Shown here: positions 8,667 through 16,579 of the stretch, piece after piece
How the letters are laid out: each line of letters begins with the position of its first letter
How positions within the stretch are numbered: the stretch's first letter is position 1
NCBI GenBank assembly: GCA_964371245.1
Contig: CAYJKP010000002.1
Location: 257,469 to 321,468 of the forward strand
DNA: 64,000 nucleotides
DNA from: an uncultured Gammaproteobacteria bacterium
Lineage (GTDB): Bacteria; Patescibacteriota; Patescibacteriia; JAHIZJ01
Direction: 5' to 3'
The notes under the pieces: model-generated
What the model was told of the DNA's origin: nothing
Database searches by the model: none
Seen by the model: the letters and a program-made list of their open reading frames with translations, nothing else
Made by a program: the position numbers and the translations under genes

Positions 8667-10529
8667 CTACTGCTCGAGTTTCTTCCCGATGGCCTCCAAC
8701 CAACCAACAACCTCCTTCTTCCCACCCCGTTCATCTATCCGCCCCGGCGTCATCGCGTCAACGGCCTCTGTATTCAGCCGTCGTTTTGCCTGGCACACCT
8801 TCTTACCCCGCACTTTCTCGGTCAGGTCGTTCCATGGGGTCTTATGCGGATCGGTCGCAGCGCTATGAGTGGCTTCCGCCACCAACTCTGGGACGTTGCA
8901 GTCGTCTGTCACAGTTACACAAACCGAGAGCTTTGCCTCTATCGCTTCAGCGTGGAGGTAGTTCTCAAGTTCTCGCTTGTTCGTAATGAATGCGATTGAT
9001 CCATCGCTACGCCCGTTCACGCTGTTTGCCTCGCCTTGGTATTTTGGTGGGTCATCTGATCCTCGATCGAACAAGTGGATTTCCGGTATTCCCAAGTTCC
9101 GCAGATAATGGGCGCGGACCCAATCGCGGAGGTTTTCCCCGCCGAGAGCAATGACCGCGATACGTGGATCATTCTCGATATCCGGCAACATAGGCGTTTC
9201 GGAACGGAGGCAGCGGCTCATGCGGGTAAGATGCTGGACATCGTTTGGTCCCTCTACACAGACAAGGACGCGAACGCGGCTGTCAGGGAGTACACCAAGG
9301 TCATCGGCCACTCGTCGATAGGTTGACTCATCGCCAACTTCGATCATGGTCGTGCCGTCGACCGTACGCGTAACGTGCCGAATGCTGCATACGGGAATGA
9401 GGCCCGCAAGTCCTGGGACGTGGGTCGTGAGGATCACCTGACATCCGTCGGTCGTTGCGAGATCCTGCAGAGCTTCAACAAGCATCTTCTGATTTTCAGG
9501 ATGCTGCGAGGCTTCAGGCTCCTCGATCGCATATATGATGCTCGCTTGTCCCTTCTCAAGTCGTCGGCGTTCTGCTTCGGCACGGAAGAAACTGAGCAGG
9601 ACGAGCCGACGAAGTCCGCTACCACGCTTATTCAGTGGAATACCATCATCGCTGTCGAGTGAAAGTTTGAAAATCGAATCCCACTTCGGTTCGTTCTTGA
9701 ACTTAGGTGTGAGAGCAGAGCCGAGTCTCGGGTCGAGCTCCTGGAGCTTCTTCAAAGTACGATCTGCTACTTTGAGAACGGAATCCTGCACCTTGGTCTT
9801 CACGCGTTCTAGGTCGGACATCATCTCCGCGACGGCCTGCTTGACAGCAACCTGCATGGGATCCTGGGCTTCCGTGTCCTCGTCTGTGCTTGGCCGATCC
9901 GCACGGAAAATCGCAAATGCGGGCAGCTGCTGGGAGAGCTGCTCCCATATTGCTTTGGCATCCTCCTTGTTGAGAGGGATCTCGGTCGGTTGAAGGCGCA
10001 GGTCTTCGATCGACGACCGGATGGCAGTCCGGAGGGCGGAGTTGCATCGAAGATCAACGTTGGATGTGCCCACCTTCAAATCCGAAGCACGCTTCTTCAG
10101 ATCGGTGTTCTTCAGAAGAAGGAGATCACCGGCACCCTGGGCGGTCGGGTGAAGTGCCGCGGCCCAGAACCCCCGGTCAGCCACCTTCCCGTCCTTACAC
10201 TCGAAAACCCTATGGATCTCAAGATCTCCATCCGCATTGAGAAGTAGCTCGGCTGAGAGCGTGGTCGTGGCTGTGGCATCGATCACCACCTTGTCGGGGA
10301 GCTCAGTAAAGATGCAGGCAATCCGAACCTCATGATCCGCCGCGTGGACACACTTGTCGCCAGCGTCAAGCTTCAGATTCGGAGCGCCCAAGAAAATTCC
10401 GATGGCGTCGAGGATGCTCGATTTACCAATGTCGTTCTTGCCCACGAGGGCGGTGAGGTCATCGATGGGTATTAGCGTATTGCCGCGATAACCGCGGAAG
10501 TTCTGTAGCTTTACGGCCTTTAATTTCAT
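8667..10529 (-). CDS. OLD-family ATP-dependent endonuclease (N-terminal ABC-type ATPase + C-terminal Toprim), stand-alone
   Basis: Walker A GKNDIGKSS, Walker B IIYAIEEPEASQHP, H-loop ILTTHVP; Toprim-like VLVCVEGPNDVQH ... AVIALGGEN ... LFDRGSDD. Confidence 0.7.
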   Translation of the reverse strand: MKLKAVKLQNFRGYRGNTLIPIDDLTALVGKNDIGKSSILDAIGIFLGAPNLKLDAGDKCVHAADHEVRIACIFTELPDKVVIDATATTTLSAELLLNADGDLEIHRVFECKDGKVADRGFWAAALHPTAQGAGDLLLLKNTDLKKRASDLKVGTSNVDLRCNSALRTAIRSSIEDLRLQPTEIPLNKEDAKAIWEQLSQQLPAFAIFRADRPSTDEDTEAQDPMQVAVKQAVAEMMSDLERVKTKVQDSVLKVADRTLKKLQELDPRLGSALTPKFKNEPKWDSIFKLSLDSDDGIPLNKRGSGLRRLVLLSFFRAEAERRRLEKGQASIIYAIEEPEASQHPENQKMLVEALQDLATTDGCQVILTTHVPGLAGLIPVCSIRHVTRTVDGTTMIEVGDESTYRRVADDLGVLPDSRVRVLVCVEGPNDVQHLTRMSRCLRSETPMLPDIENDPRIAVIALGGENLRDWVRAHYLRNLGIPEIHLFDRGSDDPPKYQGEANSVNGRSDGSIAFITNKRELENYLHAEAIEAKLSVCVTVTDDCNVPELVAEATHSAATDPHKTPWNDLTEKVRGKKVCQAKRRLNTEAVDAMTPGRIDERGGKKEVVGWLEAIGKKLEQ

Positions 10530-10684
10530 AAGGGGAATCTTAGTTGATTATGCCTGCGCGTCAAGCTAGCCCGCTGGAGCGTGCAGTTTGTAGTAGGGGA
10601 CGAGCGTGCTCTTTCCAGTAGGGGTGTAACAGGGGTAATATCAGGCAGTTACAGTCTAGCAGGTTTGTAGCTGTTCTTCGAGAT

Positions 10685-12634
10685 CTAGCGCAATACCACC
10701 TTGGTCCGTTCAAGAAAGGCTGCCAGTTTTGCCTTAAGCCGGCGATCGGTGGGTCGATGCCTGCTGCGCTCCCAATCCAGAACCGTGCTTGGATCAACCT
10801 CCAGCTGTCGGGCAATGTCCGCGTGGGAGAGGCCGAGCCGTCTTCGGGTCGCCCGGAGCTGCTCTCCAATCGTGGACCCGATCTCTGTAGGTTCGTAGCC
10901 TAGGAACCGAATCACTCCCGGGATCGCCCGGAGGTTTGGGGTAGCGGTTCCGACCTCCCAGTTATGGACCGTGGTCTTATCGACGCCGATCCGCAACGCA
11001 ACCTCCCGCTGGAGAAGTCCGAGGTCCAAGCGACGTTTTCGAACGTGGTCGCCGATCGACCGGAGTTCCGTAGGATACGCTCTATCAATGGGTTTCGGCG
11101 TTCGGAGCACGAGATCACAAAATGGCAACGCAGGGGTGACGTTGTGTTGCCCTTTTGTGACGACTTCCGAAGCCGAAGGGAGGTAGCAGAGGTGTATTTC
11201 GACGTCGCCTTTCCCAATCACGATCCGTTCGACGATGTGCTCCACGATCTGTCGCCGGTCTTCGACCGCCAGGGTGGACCATCGGGAATAGAGGTCTTTG
11301 GCCTCGGTCAGGATCTCATCTCGGGAGAGGTACTGGATCTTGAGGAAATCGACGTCTCCCTGGAGTTGTGGGAGCTCTTCCTCGATCTGCTTGAGACGCT
11401 CTTCGAGGGGGCGGTACTGCCTGCCGTACCCTTCGACGGTGATCGCGTCGCTCATATAGGCACGATGGACTTTATCCATCTCCCGGACGACTCGGTCCCG
11501 CTCGGTCTCCATGGTCTGGAGGGTCTCCTCCTTCGCTTTGATCTCCTGGTCGGCCTGGCCGAGGTGTGCCGCGATGTCCTCCGGGGAGAAGAAGAATCCC
11601 TTGAGCTGCTCCTCGAAGACGGTTTCGAGGTCCTCGATCGGGATCTTGTTGCGGCACTTCTGGCAGCCGTACTTTGTCGTCTTCGTGAGGACGTACATCT
11701 TCTGACCGCAGAAGCAGAAGACGAGACCGGCGAAGAGATGGACCGGCTTCTTCGCCTCGCGTTTGCCGTTCCGTCGCCGCTCATCGAGAATCGCGTTCGC
11801 CTGGAGCCAGATTTCTTCGGAGATGATTGGCTCGACTGGAGTTAGGACCCATTCATCCTGCGGCTTGAGCTTCCAGTTCTTCTTCTCGCCGAGGGACTTC
11901 GTGTAGTTCGCCCGGCGGATCCCCTTGGCCATCGGGTCCCGCAGAAGCCGGTCCACAGTTGTATCCGAGAACTTCGAGCCGTTCCGGGTCCGGTAGCCCT
12001 TCTCGTTCAGAAGCCGCGCTACGGCCTTCTTGCGTTTGTGCTCCAAGAAGAGTTCGTACATGAGCTTGCGGACCGGGGCTTCTTTCGGATCCGGGACGAG
12101 CTCCCGATTCTCCCATTGGTAGCCGAAGGGAGCGGCACCGCCGAGGGGCTTGCCGAGTTTCGCCCTGACGGGCACGGACGCCGCCACCCGTTCGGCGATC
12201 TCCTCCCGTTCCCACTGGGCCATCGCCGCGACGACCGTGAAGAAGAGCCGCCCAGCCGGGGTCGAAGTGTCGATCGCCTCCGAGAGGGAGATGAGGTCCG
12301 CCTCGTGATCCCGGAAGATGTCCGCGAACTCCAGAAGCTCTCGGGTGTTTCGGGCGAGCCGCGCGAGCTTCGAGAAGATGAGCGCCGTGATGTGACCACC
12401 TCGGATGTGCTCAAGCATTCGCTCGGTTTCGGGAAGCCCCATGACAGACTTTCCGGAGACCGCTTCGAGGTGGTAGACCTCGCGGACCCGCCAGCCTTTG
12501 GCCTCGGCATACATCCGCGCCCGCTTCTCATGATGTTCAGGACTTTCACCCCTCGCTTGGTCCTCGGTCGAGACGCGGATCCAGATCCCGACCTGCCTTT
12601 GAGTCTGCGGTTCTTCCTTTTGCTGCTTCTTCAT
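10685..12634 (-). CDS. large serine recombinase (resolvase/invertase catalytic domain + recombinase domain + zinc ribbon + coiled coil) fused to two C-terminal XRE HTH domains
   Basis: IWIRVSTEDQ catalytic Ser motif; CFCGQKMY...CQKCRNK zinc ribbon; C-terminal RKRRLDLGLLQREVALRIGVDKTTVHNWE and RRRLGLSHADIARQLEVDPSTVLDWE HTH repeats. Confidence 0.8.
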   Translation of the reverse strand: MKKQQKEEPQTQRQVGIWIRVSTEDQARGESPEHHEKRARMYAEAKGWRVREVYHLEAVSGKSVMGLPETERMLEHIRGGHITALIFSKLARLARNTRELLEFADIFRDHEADLISLSEAIDTSTPAGRLFFTVVAAMAQWEREEIAERVAASVPVRAKLGKPLGGAAPFGYQWENRELVPDPKEAPVRKLMYELFLEHKRKKAVARLLNEKGYRTRNGSKFSDTTVDRLLRDPMAKGIRRANYTKSLGEKKNWKLKPQDEWVLTPVEPIISEEIWLQANAILDERRRNGKREAKKPVHLFAGLVFCFCGQKMYVLTKTTKYGCQKCRNKIPIEDLETVFEEQLKGFFFSPEDIAAHLGQADQEIKAKEETLQTMETERDRVVREMDKVHRAYMSDAITVEGYGRQYRPLEERLKQIEEELPQLQGDVDFLKIQYLSRDEILTEAKDLYSRWSTLAVEDRRQIVEHIVERIVIGKGDVEIHLCYLPSASEVVTKGQHNVTPALPFCDLVLRTPKPIDRAYPTELRSIGDHVRKRRLDLGLLQREVALRIGVDKTTVHNWEVGTATPNLRAIPGVIRFLGYEPTEIGSTIGEQLRATRRRLGLSHADIARQLEVDPSTVLDWERSRHRPTDRRLKAKLAAFLERTKVVLR

Positions 12635-12644
12635 CGGACTACAC

Positions 12645-15600
12645 CTATTTCTTGTCGCCCTTCAGGCGTTTCATAGCCTTGGCGATCACCTGGGAGACCG
12701 CATCTCGTTTGGCGGTCTTGTCCTGCTCCGTAACCGACTTATACTTCACTTTCACTTTGTAACCGCGAACCGTCCCAGATGTGCTCGCGGCTTCAGCCTC
12801 GATTCCTTCGAGCACCGCGAACGCCTCCTCCGGAGTCGAGAAATGCACGCGCTTCAATTCATCTTCCGAGAGAGTATTCGCCGCGAGCTGTCTGATCTTG
12901 GTCAGCGCCTTCTTCTCGGATGACACGACCACGATTTGCTCGAATCCGGCCGCGAGGCACTTCTGTACATTCCCGAGTTCGTGGTCCGGTGTCGTCGTGA
13001 CCGCGATCTCGCAGGCGACAGATCGGTCGCCCTTCCGCAGGGCCACGTCCACGCTTCCGAGTCCGTCGAGGATCTTCTCCTCGATGGTTGCCCGCCACTC
13101 CCGAGACTCGGCCCAACGCTTCAGGAGTTCCTGCAGATACTTGTGCTGCTGACCACCCCGACCTGGAGTTGGTATAGCTGACGGCGGCAACTGGGGTGGC
13201 TCCGCCCGCTTCGGTCGTTCGGTACTGGTTGGCGTCGGGACCGGCGGGGAAGGTGCGAGGATAGTCGCGCTCTGCGGGACGGGCTCGGCAGGTCGGACCG
13301 GGACCCGGCCGGGAACGGAGCGCTGAAGGATCGCCTCGATCTCTTCCCGCCTCATCGCATACTTCTCGCGCGATTGGGAAATGACCGCATTCCTGCGGCT
13401 GCGAGCCTCTTGAGGATCGACCTCAGCAAGCCTCGGAGTATCGAGGTTGAAGTCGAATTCCGCCCGTTCGACCCTGGCGATGGCCTGGCCGATTCCGAGG
13501 TTCTGGAGGTCCTTGGCTTCATAGGAGGCGAAACCTTCATTGAGGGTACGGGCGTCCTGATCGCCCACCCGGAAACAGATCCTGGTATATGGATTCGACA
13601 GCACGGAGCTCAGAACCTCCGGGCTCTTGCTCCCGATTTGCCGGAGGTCCTGATGCGCCAGGACCAGACCCAGCCGGTACTTGCGCGCACCCGAAAGGAT
13701 CTGCTCCATCGTGGGCGTGACGAAGTTCTGAAATTCGTCGATGTAGACGTAGAATGGCCGGCGTTCAGCTTCAGCCACCTCCTGGCGGCTCATCGCTATC
13801 TGCTGAAGTTTGGAAACGAGGAGACTGCCAAGAAGATGCGCGTTCTCCTCGCCAATCGCACCTTGGGAGAGCCGGGCGAGGAGGATCTTCCCCTCATCCA
13901 TCATCCGGCGGAAGTCGAGCCGGTCATCCTTCTGCGCGACCATATATCGGATGAGTTTGGGTCGGAGAAACGTGTCGAGACGGGTGAGGATCGACGCCTG
14001 AGGATTCCCTTTGAGGAGCTGGAACTCCTTCTGCCAGTAGTACACGACGTCCGGATCACGGACGGTTGCGAGGAATTCGTCACGGAAACTCTTCTCCACG
14101 AGGAACCGGCGAAGATCGACGAGAGTGCCGCCCCGGTCGCTTTCGAGGAAGGCGAGGATCGCGTTCCCCAGAACCGAGGTCATCTGATCGCCCCACGAGG
14201 TGGAGAGCCTGCGGAAGACAGCGGCAAGATCGGAGGAGAGAAGCGTCTTTTCGAGCTCGGAGTGCGCCGAGAGTATGTTGAATCCTACCGAGTATTCGGT
14301 ATCGGCGGGATCGAAGAGGATGACGTCATCGATCCGCTCTTCCGGCACTCTCTCCAGGATCTGGTCGATGAGGTCCCCGTGCGGGTCTAGGACGGCGACA
14401 CCCTGGCCCGTCTTCAGATCCTGGAGGATGAGATTCAGAAGGAGCGTGGACTTGCCGGTGCCCGACGCACCGATGACGTACATGTGTCGGGACCGTTGAT
14501 CGGGAGTGAGTGCAACCTCCACGGTCTTTCCGGCATGAGCGTTTATGCCGAGAAGGAGCCCGGAACCTGTTGCGATCGCCGGCGCAGCCCGCGTCTTCCG
14601 TTGCTCGCGCTTCAGTTTCTCGACGCGGACCGAGGCCGAAGGCGGGTGAACCAAGGAGACGAGCTCCTCCGTGTTCAGAATCATTCCGCTCCGGCGGGAT
14701 CGCCGAAGAATGAAATCCTCCATGTGATCGGTGTTCTCGTACCCGTCGTTCGATAGTGGGATGAGCTCGTTTCCGGCCGGATTCCCGAAGGTCTTGAGGC
14801 TTCCACCGATGGCCCGGGCGAATTCCCAGACCCGTCCCGGATCGGGACTGGTGACTCCGAGCCTGACCACAGAGGCGAAGAGAGGGTGCGCAACCTTCGC
14901 CTTGGCCGCCGCCGCGATCTCGGGTGCATCGAAGAAGAAGGGGTTCCCCTCATCGTCCAGGGCCGAGTTCATGATGCTCTCGGCCCATGCATGCCGGACC
15001 GGCTGGAAGAGGATCTGCAGGACGGCGATCTCGCCCTCCTCGAGATCGGAAAGGGCCGACGTGACTCCGATCAAGGGGTCGATGTCGAAACCCTTGAAGG
15101 TCCGGAGCGGCAGCATGAATTCCCTGGAGAGCCCGAAGTCCACGATGATCGTCTGAGCTCCCTCAAGCTCGGCCCACTGGGACAGTAGGAATTCGGGTTC
15201 GCTGGTGATGACCACTTCGGGGAAGTGGCCTTTGAGCTGCTGGGAGATCTTGGAGGCGTCCTGTTCCCGCACCGCGACCTGGATTGTGATGGAATCCGGG
15301 AGGCCGATGACCTCATAGGAGAGCGGCCCCACGGCGACGGGAAGACTGCGCAGGAACTGCTCGACTGCTTCCCGGGCGACCTTGAACGGGGGTGGAACGG
15401 AGAGCCGCAACTCGGCGATCGGGAACTCATCCTCCAGTGCATCAGGTTCGGGCTCACGCACGTCGGCGATTGGCGCGTCGTCTGTCGGGGAGGTTCGTGG
15501 CTGACCCGTTACCAGGCTCCGAAGTCCGTCGGTGAGATTGCTGAGCAGGGTTGGCCTGCGGCCGTCATCGACCTTGGATCGGATCGGTGGGACCCGGTGC

Positions 15601-15779
15601 ATCCGAAATGGAGCGAACGGCGGTTCCAGCTCGACCGGATATGGAAAGACCTGCCAGCCCCGGCCGCGCTTTTCCCACGTGTAGAACTGTGCGGTAAGGC
15701 GCTCAATCTGAGTCGGGGGACCTCCCAGGACGGAGGTCTCTGCCTTCTCCCAGGGAATCAGATCCCGATCGTCTTCCAT
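12645..15779 (-). CDS. large FtsK/HerA/T4CP-like P-loop ATPase with unknown N-terminal region and possible C-terminal nuclease-like domain
   Basis: Walker A GASGTGKST, VLDPHGDL (DPKGD-like), Walker B YIDEFQNF, ARKYRLGLVLAHQ arginine-finger region typical of TraD/VirD4/HerA; C-terminal RSVACEIAVTTTPDHELGN... may be a PD-(D/E)xK-like fold. Confidence 0.55.
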   Translation of the reverse strand: MEDDRDLIPWEKAETSVLGGPPTQIERLTAQFYTWEKRGRGWQVFPYPVELEPPFAPFRMHRVPPIRSKVDDGRRPTLLSNLTDGLRSLVTGQPRTSPTDDAPIADVREPEPDALEDEFPIAELRLSVPPPFKVAREAVEQFLRSLPVAVGPLSYEVIGLPDSITIQVAVREQDASKISQQLKGHFPEVVITSEPEFLLSQWAELEGAQTIIVDFGLSREFMLPLRTFKGFDIDPLIGVTSALSDLEEGEIAVLQILFQPVRHAWAESIMNSALDDEGNPFFFDAPEIAAAAKAKVAHPLFASVVRLGVTSPDPGRVWEFARAIGGSLKTFGNPAGNELIPLSNDGYENTDHMEDFILRRSRRSGMILNTEELVSLVHPPSASVRVEKLKREQRKTRAAPAIATGSGLLLGINAHAGKTVEVALTPDQRSRHMYVIGASGTGKSTLLLNLILQDLKTGQGVAVLDPHGDLIDQILERVPEERIDDVILFDPADTEYSVGFNILSAHSELEKTLLSSDLAAVFRRLSTSWGDQMTSVLGNAILAFLESDRGGTLVDLRRFLVEKSFRDEFLATVRDPDVVYYWQKEFQLLKGNPQASILTRLDTFLRPKLIRYMVAQKDDRLDFRRMMDEGKILLARLSQGAIGEENAHLLGSLLVSKLQQIAMSRQEVAEAERRPFYVYIDEFQNFVTPTMEQILSGARKYRLGLVLAHQDLRQIGSKSPEVLSSVLSNPYTRICFRVGDQDARTLNEGFASYEAKDLQNLGIGQAIARVERAEFDFNLDTPRLAEVDPQEARSRRNAVISQSREKYAMRREEIEAILQRSVPGRVPVRPAEPVPQSATILAPSPPVPTPTSTERPKRAEPPQLPPSAIPTPGRGGQQHKYLQELLKRWAESREWRATIEEKILDGLGSVDVALRKGDRSVACEIAVTTTPDHELGNVQKCLAAGFEQIVVVSSEKKALTKIRQLAANTLSEDELKRVHFSTPEEAFAVLEGIEAEAASTSGTVRGYKVKVKYKSVTEQDKTAKRDAVSQVIAKAMKRLKGDKK

Positions 15780-15787
15780 GGTTCACC

Positions 15788-16498
15788 CTAGCCACGCAGA
15801 AAATCCCGCATGATTGGCTTCTTCTCTTCGTCCGTCAGAGCCCGCAGCCCCTTCGCCGTTGTGAGGCCATCGATGACCTCGGTCACCGCGGAGTGCATCG
15901 CCGACTGGAACATGAGCATCGTGTCGATGCGATAGTAGGTAAGCGGACGGAAGAACCGCTCATAGAGCGGCCCGAGGAGCGGGACCGCCAGGATTGGATC
16001 ATCGGCATCCATATCGAGTGCCTTGGTAGCGGCTCGATAGACGTACCAAACGACGATGAGGGTCACAAGCGTGATGAGAAGTCGTATCAGGAAGTACGGG
16101 CCACGGATGTGTTGACCGTGCCGGCCGAGTTGCATGAGAATATTCACGATTCCGCTGTGGACCGCGTAGTAGGCGACGAGAGTACCGAGGAGGATCGCCC
16201 AGCAAAGCCATCTTGGCGGGCGCTTCTCTCCCACCCACCACGAAAAAAAGAACCCCGTCCCGAAGGGCGCGGCGCAGAGGTCGAAGGCGAGCTTCTGCCT
16301 GGTGACGCGAAGGTACTCCCGCTTGGCGGAGAGGACCCCGCCCTCGTGCCAGTCCACCCGTGACGTGGAGATCCCGGGGGTCTGACGGCGTTGGAGCGCC
16401 GCCTCGACGGAGGTATAGAAGTCGAGCGCGGACGTCTGGAAGTTGTCGTAGGGCTTTTGCCAATGCGAGAACAGATTGGCCAACAAGGGCTTAGGCAT
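15788..16498 (-). CDS. hypothetical integral membrane protein, translationally coupled to the downstream ATPase
   Basis: 236 aa, about 4 TM helices; stop 8 nt before the ATPase start. Confidence 0.45.
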   Translation of the reverse strand: MPKPLLANLFSHWQKPYDNFQTSALDFYTSVEAALQRRQTPGISTSRVDWHEGGVLSAKREYLRVTRQKLAFDLCAAPFGTGFFFSWWVGEKRPPRWLCWAILLGTLVAYYAVHSGIVNILMQLGRHGQHIRGPYFLIRLLITLVTLIVVWYVYRAATKALDMDADDPILAVPLLGPLYERFFRPLTYYRIDTMLMFQSAMHSAVTEVIDGLTTAKGLRALTDEEKKPIMRDFLRG

Positions 16499-16579
16499 GC
16501 GACCTCCCTTCTCTGATGGATCCTATCGATAGTCGAGGATACGTCTATACGATAAGCAACGCAAGGGGTTGCGTTGCCA

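Noticed and set aside
8436-8999. 187-aa plus-strand ORF
   Set aside because: Antisense to the 3' end of the OLD nuclease gene and spanning the direct repeat. No RBS and GC-frame artifact.
10964-11845. 293-aa plus-strand ORF
   Set aside because: Antisense shadow ORF inside the serine recombinase gene.
13374-14390. 338-aa plus-strand ORF
   Set aside because: Antisense shadow ORF inside the large ATPase gene (high-GC region).
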